This document shows, piece by piece, positions 44,382 to 54,842 of a stretch of DNA of 64,000 bases. The notes below the pieces were generated by a model that was not told where the DNA came from, made no database searches, and was given only the letters and a program-made list of their open reading frames with translations. The translations under genes were made by a program, and so were the position numbers. Numbering within the stretch: the first letter of the stretch is position 1; each line of letters starts with the position of its first letter. This DNA is from Bacilli bacterium (GTDB lineage Bacteria > Bacillota_I > Bacilli_A > RF39 > UBA660): assembly GCA_017428495.1 (NCBI GenBank), contig JAFRQS010000011.1:140215-204214 (forward strand), read 5' to 3'.

Positions 44382-45664
44382 TGTCTCACCTTTCCTTTAG
44401 CTTTTACTACAAAATCTCTAACACCCAATTTAGATGGGCAAACATATGAACATAATCCACATTCCACACATAATTCTGGATGTAATTTCTTCAACTCATT
44501 TACATTATCTATATTTTTCATTATAAGCACTGGACACAACTTTGCAGGACAAACATTCACACATTTAGAGCAACTAATACATTCATTTTTATAATCTTCT
44601 GTATCACTAATAATAGTTACTGCGCCTAAATTATTAGATACAACTATATGGTCAGAAGATAATGCAGTACCCATCATAGGACCACCAGCTATAAATTTTA
44701 ACTTTTCGCCCTTATATTTACCTATCTTCTTAATTATAGATGACATATCTGTTCCTACTTTTACTAACACATTTATTGGCTCAGTAAAACCCTCACCAGT
44801 AATTGTTACAATTCTCTTAGTAATATTCCTTTGAAATTTCAATGCTTTATATATAGCAAATATAGTAGAAACATTATTAACTATTACACCAACTTCACTA
44901 GGATATCTTTCATATTCTAAGTTAAGTACACTTTTAACCAAATGACGTTCCCATCCCATCGGATATATATTTTTCACAGGGCTTAAAACTATATCTTCAT
45001 ACCTACCTATATATTCTAAAAAAGCATTCCTTACTATATCATTATTCTCTTTAAAGGCAATAAAACATTTTTTTATATTATTTATCTTTCTAATAGCATC
45101 AATACTCTCTAATATAGCTTCTGCTTTTAATTTAACAAGCATCATATCTGCTGTTAAATACGGTTCACATTCCACAGCATTAACTATCAAAAATGATGCA
45201 TCACTTTTATACTTAAAAAAAGTAGGAAAATCACTACCACCCATACCAGTAACAGCGCATTTCTTTAGTAATTCTACAAATTCTTCTTTTGTATATTTAG
45301 CAATATCATCTACTAAAACTTTTTTAAGCACAGTTTCCTTTTTGTCATTCTCTATTACTACACAAGGTACTTCCTCACCATTTAAATATAAACATTTATC
45401 AATATCAACAACAATACCACTTACAGGTGATAAAACAGGAAAATCCATATTTTTTCTAATTCCAATTACAGTACCTTTCTTTACTTTTTTTCCTTTTTTT
45501 ACTAAGCAATCACAAGGTGTATTATTATTCATTAATGGGACATATACTTTATCTGGAGAAGAAAAATCTATTATTTCTTCAGATAATGACATTTCTTTTT
45601 TACCATCTATTTTTAAACCTCTAATCATATATCCTCCTATCATATTAATGATATCATTTTTCAT
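44378..45664 (-). CDS. rnfC: Rnf complex subunit C
   Basis: 428 aa; two ferredoxin motifs CISCSKCVNVCP / CVECGLCSYVCP, NADH/FMN-binding middle domain. Confidence 0.85.
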   Translation of the reverse strand: MKNDIINMIGGYMIRGLKIDGKKEMSLSEEIIDFSSPDKVYVPLMNNNTPCDCLVKKGKKVKKGTVIGIRKNMDFPVLSPVSGIVVDIDKCLYLNGEEVPCVVIENDKKETVLKKVLVDDIAKYTKEEFVELLKKCAVTGMGGSDFPTFFKYKSDASFLIVNAVECEPYLTADMMLVKLKAEAILESIDAIRKINNIKKCFIAFKENNDIVRNAFLEYIGRYEDIVLSPVKNIYPMGWERHLVKSVLNLEYERYPSEVGVIVNNVSTIFAIYKALKFQRNITKRIVTITGEGFTEPINVLVKVGTDMSSIIKKIGKYKGEKLKFIAGGPMMGTALSSDHIVVSNNLGAVTIISDTEDYKNECISCSKCVNVCPAKLCPVLIMKNIDNVNELKKLHPELCVECGLCSYVCPSKLGVRDFVVKAKGKVRQ

Positions 45665-45718
45665 AATAAAAATAAAGATATTGGATCTTTATTTTTATAT
45701 TCTATCATAGTATTTATT

Positions 45719-46720
45719 TTAAATTAATCTATCTCTTGTATGAATATCCACACCATTTGGCATATAAATTTCAAAAATAGTATCATTACTGATTTTTATA
45801 AAACACAAACCTTCTATTACTAAATCTTGTCCCTCTAATACCTTGATTTTTGTATACTCTAAATCTTTATACTTTAAATTATTATCCATATTAGCTTTAT
45901 CAATATCTATATTATTAGATATATATATGGATATATTACTATCATTTAATACATTTATCCTACCAATATTATCTAATACCAAAGAAACTTTATCTTTAAC
46001 TTGATATATTTTTGGATTTATTTCATGTTTAATATTTATATGTTTTACTAAATCCTCCGGTAATTTAGTTATTATATCACCACTATATACTATTCCTGGA
46101 GTATCTAACAATGTTAAATCTTCATTTATTTTGATTGATATTACATTTAATGTAGTAGAAGGCATACAACTAGTTACAATAAATGAATTCTTATCAGTAT
46201 AATTTTTTATCATCTTATTTATAAAAGAACTCTTTCCTGCATTTGTATTACCTAATACATATACTTCATTACTACTTTTATATTTCATCATAAGCATCAA
46301 TAATTCATCCATATGATAGTTCTTATCACTACTTATAGCTATAACATCAACATATTTTGGATATCTTTTTTTAAAATATTCAATTAATTTATTTTCATTT
46401 ATACTTTTAGGAAATATATCAATCTTTGAAATAACAAGTATTGCTTTTGAATATATCTTACTATATATTTCATCCATATTACCCATATTAAAAATATCTA
46501 CTATATGTACAACTAATTCATCCATCCTAAAGATTTCTTTTATTATTCCCTTATAAAAAGAATTTGATTTATTTGTAACCTTATATTCACCATAATGTTT
46601 TAATCTAAAACATCTTCTACACATTATAGTTTTTTCAAACATTTCAGGATTCACATAACCATCTTCATATGGATCTTCACATTGAAGAGTTATTCCACAA
46701 CCAATACATTTCTTATTCAT
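45719..46720 (-). CDS. yqeH: ribosome biogenesis GTPase YqeH
   Basis: N-terminal CIGCG...CRRC zinc finger, circularly permuted GTPase (GNTNAGKSSFIN, LLDTPG). Confidence 0.8.
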   Translation of the reverse strand: MNKKCIGCGITLQCEDPYEDGYVNPEMFEKTIMCRRCFRLKHYGEYKVTNKSNSFYKGIIKEIFRMDELVVHIVDIFNMGNMDEIYSKIYSKAILVISKIDIFPKSINENKLIEYFKKRYPKYVDVIAISSDKNYHMDELLMLMMKYKSSNEVYVLGNTNAGKSSFINKMIKNYTDKNSFIVTSCMPSTTLNVISIKINEDLTLLDTPGIVYSGDIITKLPEDLVKHINIKHEINPKIYQVKDKVSLVLDNIGRINVLNDSNISIYISNNIDIDKANMDNNLKYKDLEYTKIKVLEGQDLVIEGLCFIKISNDTIFEIYMPNGVDIHTRDRLI

Positions 46721-47249
46721 AATATTCGCCCCTCTTAAATATTCCCTTTTTTCTCATTTTCTTTATAACATGTTTTTCATATATTCTATTACATTTAGTC
46801 CATATTGGTTCTCTACTTGAAATAGGATTAACTAAAACAGTAAATATTCCCACCCTATTTCCACCATATATATCCATAGGAATTTGGTCACCTATTATTG
46901 CAACTTCACTTTCAGAATACTTATACTCTTTTAGTACTTTCTTAAATTTTTTAGAAAATGGTTTATGACTTGATGCAGAACAATCCAATTCCAATATATC
47001 TTTAAATGGGACAAGCCTTTTTTTAGTAGAATTAGAAAACAATATAACTTTAAATCCTAAATCTTTTAAATTTTCTATAAAATCTTTTATTTTTCTTGTT
47101 GGTCTACTTCTATAATATGGTACAAGAGTATTATCTAAATCAAATAAAATACACTTTATGCCAAAAGATTTCAATTTTTTATAATCAATAGAATAAATAT
47201 CTTTTTTATACATATCTGGTTTATATAATTCAATCATAATCAACCTCAC
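46713..47249 (-). CDS. yqeG: YqeG-family HAD phosphatase
   Basis: ILFDLDNTL HAD motif I, upstream partner of yqeH as in B. subtilis. Confidence 0.7.
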   Translation of the reverse strand: MRLIMIELYKPDMYKKDIYSIDYKKLKSFGIKCILFDLDNTLVPYYRSRPTRKIKDFIENLKDLGFKVILFSNSTKKRLVPFKDILELDCSASSHKPFSKKFKKVLKEYKYSESEVAIIGDQIPMDIYGGNRVGIFTVLVNPISSREPIWTKCNRIYEKHVIKKMRKKGIFKRGEYYE

Positions 47250-47348
47250 TACTTACAATATAAGTATACTATATTTTTCTTAATAAATAAATAATAAAAG
47301 AGTTTATTTGCCATAAACTCTATTTAATTATAATTTATATAAATATCT

Positions 47349-47600
47349 TTATTCCTCATTATTCAATTCTCTGTCTGCAAAAGATACAACCAATTGATAA
47401 AGCAAAGTTGGATCAGTTATCTTTCTAACTTTATTATTTACTGAATCATAAAACATTATTTTTACATTATTAGTAATTTCATCTTTAACAGAATCTATTT
47501 CACCAATCATAATAAAATTATTATTATCCATCATTAAACTATCTAATACATAATATTCTTTATCATCATCTAATTTTATTATTGTATCTTCTTTTATCAT
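47349..47600 (-). CDS. DUF1292-like small protein
   Basis: 83 aa, DDDKEYYVLDSL...IMIGEID pattern typical of DUF1292. Confidence 0.5.
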   Translation of the reverse strand: MIKEDTIIKLDDDKEYYVLDSLMMDNNNFIMIGEIDSVKDEITNNVKIMFYDSVNNKVRKITDPTLLYQLVVSFADRELNNEE

Positions 47601-48610
47601 CTAGACCTTCCCCTTTCGGCTTTTTCAGCCTCTACTTCTTCTTTAGTTTTACCTATATTCATAATTGTTTCTACAACTTTCTTTATTCCCTGTCCAAATG
47701 CACCTGGAGGATTAAATTTGCCTTCCTTAATTTGATGAGCTAACACCAAATATCCTCCAATTAATGGAATAGAGAATGTAGAAGTAAGCATTACTGTTAA
47801 AACTATTATTCCTGATTTCAAGAAGAAGTTCTTTACTTTTCCTTTACCTTTTTTTAATCTTTCTATTCTTTCTGGTGATGCATCCACATGTCTTACATCA
47901 CTATCTTGTTCTGCACTTCCCATATTTCTTGCTGTGTTCTCATAATCAGCTTCAGTCTGTGGTTCACTTTTAGGCCCTGAACCTTGATGCGAATTTGAAG
48001 TGCTATTTGATCTAGTATGTGTAGTAGAAGAATTTCCACCAACCACTGTACGTTCTCCACCTTTATGTGAATATTCACCATCAACTTTTTCAGGATTTGA
48101 TTTTTCTTCAGTAGAAGTGCTTGTTTCTTTCTTTTCTTCTTTTTTAGGTTCCTCTTTTTTATCTACTGGTTTTTCTTCAGCAGCAGAGCCTTTCTCTTTT
48201 TTATCTACTGGTTTTTCTTCAACTGGTTTTTCATGTTTAATATCTTCAAATATTCTTTCTGTATATTCTTCACCAATTGATTTACTTTCAAAATCATAAT
48301 ATCTTTCGACCATATCATCATTCATAAGCATTACAGCATCGCCATACTTATATTCACCATTTTTGAAAGTAATTACCGATAAAAATTTTCTTTTTTCTTC
48401 TAATGTATGCTCTATCTTTTCCTCTTTTTTCTTAATTAGTCTACCTAAAAACTCATTCACTTCAGCTTCATCAATATCATTGTCACTTGCATATGAATGA
48501 ACTCTTTTTAAAACTGTTTCTTCATCCCAATTGCCCATTTCATATAGCATTGCTACCATACTAAAATAGTCATATTTTTCTTCCTCAGCACCACTATGTG
48601 TATTTGCCAT
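47597..48610 (-). CDS. hypothetical membrane-anchored protein with EKPVDKKE repeats
   Basis: 337 aa; C-terminal TM (IIVLTVMLTSTFSIPLIGGYLVL); repeated EEKPVDKKE units also visible as DNA repeats ~48150-48240. Confidence 0.55.
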   Translation of the reverse strand: MANTHSGAEEEKYDYFSMVAMLYEMGNWDEETVLKRVHSYASDNDIDEAEVNEFLGRLIKKKEEKIEHTLEEKRKFLSVITFKNGEYKYGDAVMLMNDDMVERYYDFESKSIGEEYTERIFEDIKHEKPVEEKPVDKKEKGSAAEEKPVDKKEEPKKEEKKETSTSTEEKSNPEKVDGEYSHKGGERTVVGGNSSTTHTRSNSTSNSHQGSGPKSEPQTEADYENTARNMGSAEQDSDVRHVDASPERIERLKKGKGKVKNFFLKSGIIVLTVMLTSTFSIPLIGGYLVLAHQIKEGKFNPPGAFGQGIKKVVETIMNIGKTKEEVEAEKAERGRSR

Positions 48611-48715
48611 AATATCACATCCTCACATATTAATGTTAACATAAAGATAGTTCAAAGTCAATTTTATAGTTATATTCCTTTGCAATTTTGAGTAAACTTT
48701 ATTAGGGTGTGAATT

Positions 48716-49054
48716 ATGATTGAATTATTTACTATTTTAATAAAAAATATGCTATTAACAGGTGCATATCAAAATCAAGTATTTAAAGATCCTCTTAGTG
48801 AAGAAGAAGAGAAATATCATATTAAAGAAATGGGTAATGGTAGTATTAAATCTAGGGAAATACTTATTGAACATAATCTTAGATTAGTTGCGCATATAGT
48901 TAAAAAATATGGTGAAAAAGGAGATAGCTTAGATGATTTAATAAGTATTGGTACAATTGGATTAATTAAAGGAATTGATTCTTTTTCAAAAAGTAATGGT
49001 GCAAAATTAACAACTTATTGTGCAAGATGTATTGAAAATGCACACCTCACATAA
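48716..49054 (+). CDS. sigK: sporulation sigma factor SigK, N-terminal half only (spoIVCB-like; gene interrupted)
   Basis: MIELFTILIKNMLLTGAYQNQVF pro-sequence, then ILIEHNLRLVAHIVKKYGEKGDSLDDLISIGTIGLIKGIDSF...YCARCIEN, near-identical to B. subtilis pro-sigma-K region 2. Reading frame ends 4 codons past CIEN, where B. subtilis sigK is split by skin. Confidence 0.8.
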   Translation: MIELFTILIKNMLLTGAYQNQVFKDPLSEEEEKYHIKEMGNGSIKSREILIEHNLRLVAHIVKKYGEKGDSLDDLISIGTIGLIKGIDSFSKSNGAKLTTYCARCIENAHLT

Positions 49055-49536
49055 TGGACATAAGAGAGTCAATAACACTAGTAAATAATGTTCTTAAAAG
49101 TTTCAATTTAATAAATGATACATATACATTATTTGTTAAAGATGATATTAAAACAATTAACATTGATGAAAATAGTACATTAGGAAACCAAATTAAATAT
49201 GCTAGACAATTAAAAGGAATCACGCAAGAAGAATTAGCTAGAACACTTGGTGTAGATTCATGTACTATTAAACAAATTGAAAATAAAACTTACAAACAAT
49301 TGCATAATACAACAATAATAACTAATATAATTAATTATCTAGATATTAGGGATAAAATAAAAATAAATGATGATTACTTGGAATTTATACTAAAGAAAAA
49401 ACAACACGAAATATTTGATTTTAGAATCAAGTACAATATTGCACTTATAGATTTTGCAAATATGATAGATGTTTATCCTAAAACAATCATTAAATGGGAA
49501 AAAGATCAATCAACTATATCTAGAAAAAAAATTTGA
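49054..49536 (+). CDS. XRE-family HTH transcriptional regulator
   Basis: LGNQIKYARQLKGITQEELARTLGVDSCTIKQIENKT is a Cro/C1-type HTH; start ATG overlaps sigK-fragment stop. Confidence 0.7.
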   Translation: MDIRESITLVNNVLKSFNLINDTYTLFVKDDIKTINIDENSTLGNQIKYARQLKGITQEELARTLGVDSCTIKQIENKTYKQLHNTTIITNIINYLDIRDKIKINDDYLEFILKKKQHEIFDFRIKYNIALIDFANMIDVYPKTIIKWEKDQSTISRKKI

Positions 49537-49807
49537 AAAATATATCGAAATAAAAAATTGTTTTGAAAACAAAAGAAAATTAGATAATAGTATATTTGAA
49601 TATTATAATTTTATAAATAGTGATGTACCCTATTTAATAAAAAATTATATAAAAAAAGAAAACATAACAACAATTGATTTTGCAAAAAGAATGAATACAA
49701 ATATTAATTCAATTAGAAATATCATTAATGGTAAAAAAATAATAACAAAAAAACAATATTTTAAATTTAAAGAATTACTCGATAACAGTCACTCTCTCCA
49801 CAATTAA
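49469..49807 (+). CDS. second HTH-containing ORF, +1 frame relative to 49054 gene across an A8 tract (possible frameshifted continuation)
   Basis: ITTIDFAKRMNTNINSIRNIINGKK HTH-like segment; ORFs overlap 68 nt; homopolymer AAAAAAAA at 49527-49534 lies exactly at the frame change. Confidence 0.45.
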   Translation: MFILKQSLNGKKINQLYLEKKFEKYIEIKNCFENKRKLDNSIFEYYNFINSDVPYLIKNYIKKENITTIDFAKRMNTNINSIRNIINGKKIITKKQYFKFKELLDNSHSLHN

Positions 49808-49820
49808 TAGAAAATAAGAA

Positions 49821-50045
49821 TTAATAGGCAATCTCGATACCTTTTTTCTTATTTTCTTTTTCTTCTTTTAAGGCGTCTTCTTTAGCTTTTTGAACTAAAG
49901 TTCTTATTACCTTCTTTTTAGATTCAGAACTTATATCTAAATCTTCAACTGCCTTTAAGACTAGTGTTGCATGGACTTGTGCAACAGCTTTATTTAATTC
50001 TCTTATACCTTCTTCATCTTTTGGATAGTTTACAAAAACTTCCAT
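49821..50045 (-). CDS. small hypothetical protein
   Basis: 74-aa ORF with RBS; helical, K/E-rich. Confidence 0.45.
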   Translation of the reverse strand: MEVFVNYPKDEEGIRELNKAVAQVHATLVLKAVEDLDISSESKKKVIRTLVQKAKEDALKEEKENKKKGIEIAY

Positions 50046-50144
50046 CCAACACCTCCTTTTACTTTATTAAATTATATGTATTAAAAAATATAATTGAACT
50101 AAAAAAATCTACATCAATTTGTAGATTTTAAATTCCCATTATCA

Positions 50145-51152
50145 TCAATTTTTAATATATGAATCTAAGTGACTTCCAAATGAATATATTTTCCAATTAT
50201 TTCCATATTTTACCAAACTAATTTCATAATTTTCAGGTATAATATGTGGAGTTGAAATACTAAAAGTACCTTCAACATTAGGCATAATTCTTACATATGC
50301 CATATCATGTTTTTTATTATACCTTACCTTTGTGCTTAATCCAGGATTATTTATAGATTCATAAAAACTTTTAGCTTCTAAAAAATTCCCCCAATCTTTT
50401 TTCGTACTAGGATATATTAAATTATCTAAAAATGAAATATTGAGATTGATTTCTTTTATATTAGTTATAAATTGATAACATATATATAATATTTGTATAT
50501 CTTCGTATTCTGAATCATTTATTATACTTTCTAAATCTTCCATCGAACAATCTTTGCCATATAAATTTGACCAATATTTAGAATTAGTAATTGATTGAGT
50601 ATTATTTAAGCTATCGCCCAAATAAATTATTGATGCTCTTTCATTAAAATTATATTTGTTATTAAAATCGTAATATTTAATTAAAATATCATATGTTTTT
50701 AAAATGATAGTTTCAAAATCTTCAACATATTTTCTTACACATGTAAATCTTAAATTCTCATCTGAAGATATTAATCTTTTAATCTTATCAAAATCAGCAT
50801 GCAAATACACACCATACATAACATCCTCTATAGTTTCATATAAACTACACTTTGTCCCATCAGACAACACAAATTGAATATTCTGTTTTTCCACATTTTC
50901 ATAATCTATCAACAATTTATTTAATTTTTCCTTCTCATCTGGATATTTATCAATCATTAAATTTAGGATTTTTTTAATATATACATTTTCACCATAAACA
51001 GCATATTTTCTTAATAGCATTAATTTTGTATTTATTTCAACATAATCCTCATCATTAAATGAATCAATTAAATTATGTTTAATTAACTTTTTTGAAAACT
51101 TTTTATATTCATTTACTGTATATACAAACAACCATAATACATCTAATTCCAT
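50145..51152 (-). CDS. hypothetical protein (element cargo)
   Basis: 335-aa clean ORF directly downstream of the P-loop ATPase gene. Confidence 0.55.
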   Translation of the reverse strand: MELDVLWLFVYTVNEYKKFSKKLIKHNLIDSFNDEDYVEINTKLMLLRKYAVYGENVYIKKILNLMIDKYPDEKEKLNKLLIDYENVEKQNIQFVLSDGTKCSLYETIEDVMYGVYLHADFDKIKRLISSDENLRFTCVRKYVEDFETIILKTYDILIKYYDFNNKYNFNERASIIYLGDSLNNTQSITNSKYWSNLYGKDCSMEDLESIINDSEYEDIQILYICYQFITNIKEINLNISFLDNLIYPSTKKDWGNFLEAKSFYESINNPGLSTKVRYNKKHDMAYVRIMPNVEGTFSISTPHIIPENYEISLVKYGNNWKIYSFGSHLDSYIKN

Positions 51153-51211
51153 AACTAACCTCTTACTATTACTATTGATTTAATTATCAAAGTTTAATTA
51201 ATATTATATAC

Positions 51212-53311
51212 TTAAAATCCTAAATTTTTATAAATTTTTATACTATTATTATCTACTTCTATATAAAAATCATCTGATGAAAGATTATTAATTTGTTCTT
51301 TTATTAAATCTTTTATATCATTATTTACTTTTATTTCACAATGCATAATAAAATTATCTATTGGATATTTAATATCAAAAGTATAACCTTCTAATATATT
51401 AGATATATTTTCAACAATGTCCTTATATAATTCTTTATATTCATCATAAAAAGAATCTACATTTTCATTTGAAGATTCTTCTTTTCTATACTTTTGTCTA
51501 TTAACTCTTTTATTTAAATTCTCTACTGTATAATAGGTATAAGACATATCTTTTAAAGCTCTTATATCTCTAGTTATTTCACCCTTTTTATAACATGCAA
51601 ATTTCTTATATATAACTGTATCTCTAAATACTGGATAACCTTTAATTGGAAATATAATAGTTTTAAAATAAAGTTGTTTTACTTCTTCTGGTGTCATTAA
51701 ATCTCTGCCCATCAAAGAAGTAGATCTATTCCCATTAAAATCACTTTTGGAAATAGATTGACTAACTGAATTTGATTCTATTGTCTTCTTACCTAATCTT
51801 TTAGATATCGCTTCAGCAGTTTCTTGTGTATTAGTCTTTAAATAAACTAAACCACAGTTATCTAATATTGTTTGAGCTACATCTTTACCATATACATTAT
51901 CTAATTGAGCAAAAGATTGTATAAAAAACTGAAATCTCATACCTCTACTTCTTGCTACTGAAATAATAGTACTAATATCTTCAAGTGGTGGACAGTTAGC
52001 AAATTCATCTAATAACCAATCAATTTGTACTGGTAATATTTTTTCAGGGATATTGTTGGCAATTTTTACCAATTCCTTATATAATAATCCAACTATTATA
52101 GTAACAAGTTTATAATAAGTCTTATCTTCATCTGGAACAATTATATACATTGCTGTAGGTTCTTTACCTAAAATACCAAAATCAAAATCACTTGTTGATG
52201 TAATATTTGATACATTAACATCATCAAATAAACTCATCTTTTCTGAAAAAGTTGCAGTTATACTTTTATATGTATTTTCTGCACTAGAAAAAATAGATGT
52301 TAATGTATCCTTGCTTTTTAGTCCATAAGGTTTACTATCTACATAAGTAGTAAGAATAGGAAAATTATTTTCATTCATAGATGAATTTTGAAATTTCTTA
52401 ATACTTGTTAGAGTTATTTTTTCTCTATCAATTTTCCCATCCTTATATTCTTCTAAAAATAAACCAATTAATCCTTCTAATAAATTCTTAGCAGAATTAT
52501 TCCAAAATGGATCTTTCTCTAATCCTTTATCATTCATAATCATTGCTGAAATAGAAGTAATTAGCTTATTACATTCAGCAAGATGTCTCATAGCATTATT
52601 TTTATATAAAGTTAAATTAGGTTCAATCTCTTTTAATTCATTCTCTTTTAAAATAATTTCATTTTCTTTATCATTATAATTTAATCCTTCCTTTTTCATT
52701 AACTCTATATCTTCTTTTAACATTTCAATACCACTATATAAATAGTTAATATCTGATTCAACATTAATAGCTAATTTATCATATTTCATATATTCTTCAT
52801 ACTCATTAATAATTGGCTCAAGTAAATTTATTTTATTAGATAATTCTGGATTTCTAAAATCAATTGTAATTATATTATATGAATTATCTTTAAACATTTT
52901 TGAAGTAGTATTAAATATTTCACCTTTTGGATCTGTTATAAATACACTTCTTTTTTTAGTTGCAGTAGCAATAAAACTACACATTGGAATAACTGCTGTA
53001 ACAGACTTACCACTTCCAGTAGAACCTAAAAAACACCAATGAGGTGTTTCTCTATCAAACCATACATATTTCTTATTTCTACTATACCATATAGGAAATC
53101 CAACCTCATTAATATTTTTTATTTCTTCTTTATTATAAATGCTATTTATTTCTTTAAATGTAGCAAATCTTGCACTTCCATATTCATTACTATTATTTAC
53201 ATCTTTAAATAAAACAATATAAATATTTTCAACATTATTAAAAATTATTGTATATGGATTATCTTTACTTTTTTTAATCCTTAATTTAATCATAACTATT
53301 CCTCCTATCAA
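51212..53311 (-). CDS. TraG/VirD4/FtsK-like P-loop ATPase (type IV coupling-protein-like)
   Basis: 699 aa; Walker A FLGSTGSGKS, DPKGE, Walker B WLLDEFAN, RSRGMRF motifs characteristic of coupling-protein ATPases; no N-terminal TM seen. Confidence 0.65.
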   Translation of the reverse strand: MIGGIVMIKLRIKKSKDNPYTIIFNNVENIYIVLFKDVNNSNEYGSARFATFKEINSIYNKEEIKNINEVGFPIWYSRNKKYVWFDRETPHWCFLGSTGSGKSVTAVIPMCSFIATATKKRSVFITDPKGEIFNTTSKMFKDNSYNIITIDFRNPELSNKINLLEPIINEYEEYMKYDKLAINVESDINYLYSGIEMLKEDIELMKKEGLNYNDKENEIILKENELKEIEPNLTLYKNNAMRHLAECNKLITSISAMIMNDKGLEKDPFWNNSAKNLLEGLIGLFLEEYKDGKIDREKITLTSIKKFQNSSMNENNFPILTTYVDSKPYGLKSKDTLTSIFSSAENTYKSITATFSEKMSLFDDVNVSNITSTSDFDFGILGKEPTAMYIIVPDEDKTYYKLVTIIVGLLYKELVKIANNIPEKILPVQIDWLLDEFANCPPLEDISTIISVARSRGMRFQFFIQSFAQLDNVYGKDVAQTILDNCGLVYLKTNTQETAEAISKRLGKKTIESNSVSQSISKSDFNGNRSTSLMGRDLMTPEEVKQLYFKTIIFPIKGYPVFRDTVIYKKFACYKKGEITRDIRALKDMSYTYYTVENLNKRVNRQKYRKEESSNENVDSFYDEYKELYKDIVENISNILEGYTFDIKYPIDNFIMHCEIKVNNDIKDLIKEQINNLSSDDFYIEVDNNSIKIYKNLGF

Positions 53312-53645
53312 TTTGTTTTTTTAATTCAAATTGATAAAAGGGGGGTCCTCTAATTAGATATAAAAAAAAAGTGACTTTTGTCCCAAAATAATTGTAACAA
53401 AAATCACCTTTTAATAATAATCCAATTATTTCAATCATATATAAAATCCTTTAAGCAAAATAAAATTCAATTTGAATCTTATAATTGCAAATATAAAATA
53501 ATAAAAAATGATATTTTTATTTAATTAAAGTATAATTTTATATATTAAAGAATAAAAGTGAGAAATATGCACATTAGTAACATATGAAATGCAATAATGG
53601 ACTAAAATTAATATTTTTGTTATAATATGAGTAAGGAGAAAAAAT

Positions 53646-54815
53646 ATGTTAAATTACTTTAAAAAAAAATTAAATATTATTTTTTTAATAATATTACTTA
53701 CTATTCCATTTAAGATAAATGCAAGTACTTATGATATTTTTGGTTTAGAATTTAAAATTAATAATACTGATTTCAATACATTTATAAAAGATAATATTAA
53801 TAGAGCACAATTAGATGTTGATTTTCTAAATTTTATAGATGCTGTTTTCAATGATGGTGGATTTTTATATGCTACAAATAATGATACATCAAAAGAAATA
53901 TTTATTTATGCTTATGAATATAATGATATTAATTTGAATGTACAAAGCAAAGAAAATATTAAAAAATTTGAAAATATAATTTTATATCAAAATAGTGCTG
54001 AAAATCATGATATCTATGAAATTAATAATTATAAATATATTTTTTTTCAATATAACTATGAAAACTTATTTATAATTGACTACTATACTATAATGAATGG
54101 ATATGTTTTTTTAATTAGATTTCAACAAAGCAGCAATTTTACAGTTCAAGAAAAGCAAGATATAAAATCGTTAATTGACAATATTAATTATATTAATTAT
54201 CAAAAGGTATATAAGATTTTTGATTTAACATTAAATTATAATGAATTTGGATGGTTTTATTTTACTAGAGATAATTTCAAAAATAATCCATCATTAAATA
54301 CCCTAGGAATTAATTACGAACACATTAATAATTTTTTTAATAATAATAAAGATTGTTATATGAATGCAGTTAAAATAACAGATAATTTAAAAGAAGAATT
54401 TTTTATAATTGCTAAAGATAACAATAATTATAAAAATTTAAATGCAGAATCGAATAAAAATATAAATAAATATATAGAAGAAATCTCACAATTAACAAAT
54501 AGCAAAAATATATATACATATGAATTTAATAATTTCAAATATATTTTTGCTGAATACTATGACAAAAACCTTAATTATAATATAATAGATTATTATACTA
54601 TTTTTGATAAAAAAGTATATATAATTAAATTTCAACAAGAAAAAAAATTTAGCGCAGTTCAAAAAGAAAACATAAAAAAAATAATTGATAGTATATATTT
54701 TAAAAATGACAATGAATCTTTAATTGTAAATAATTATTATTTATTATATTTTTGCATAATTATTGTATTAATTACATCATTTTTCAAAATTTTAATAAAA
54801 AAAAGAAAGCACTAA
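53646..54815 (+). CDS. secreted/membrane-anchored protein with internal two-domain duplication
   Basis: Signal peptide MLNYFKKKLNIIFLIILLTIPFKINAS, two homologous ~100-aa modules (…IDYYTIMNGYVFLIRFQQ… / …IDYYTIFDKKVYIIKFQQ…), C-terminal TM. Confidence 0.6.
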   Translation: MLNYFKKKLNIIFLIILLTIPFKINASTYDIFGLEFKINNTDFNTFIKDNINRAQLDVDFLNFIDAVFNDGGFLYATNNDTSKEIFIYAYEYNDINLNVQSKENIKKFENIILYQNSAENHDIYEINNYKYIFFQYNYENLFIIDYYTIMNGYVFLIRFQQSSNFTVQEKQDIKSLIDNINYINYQKVYKIFDLTLNYNEFGWFYFTRDNFKNNPSLNTLGINYEHINNFFNNNKDCYMNAVKITDNLKEEFFIIAKDNNNYKNLNAESNKNINKYIEEISQLTNSKNIYTYEFNNFKYIFAEYYDKNLNYNIIDYYTIFDKKVYIIKFQQEKKFSAVQKENIKKIIDSIYFKNDNESLIVNNYYLLYFCIIIVLITSFFKILIKKRKH

Positions 54816-54842
54816 GAATAACATATTATTCTTAGTGCTTTT

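Noticed and set aside
48611-48715. Attempt to call a sigma-E-type promoter upstream of the sigK fragment
   Set aside because: An ACATATT -35-like element is present, but no convincing CATACA-T -10 lies at the right spacing, so the promoter is left unannotated.
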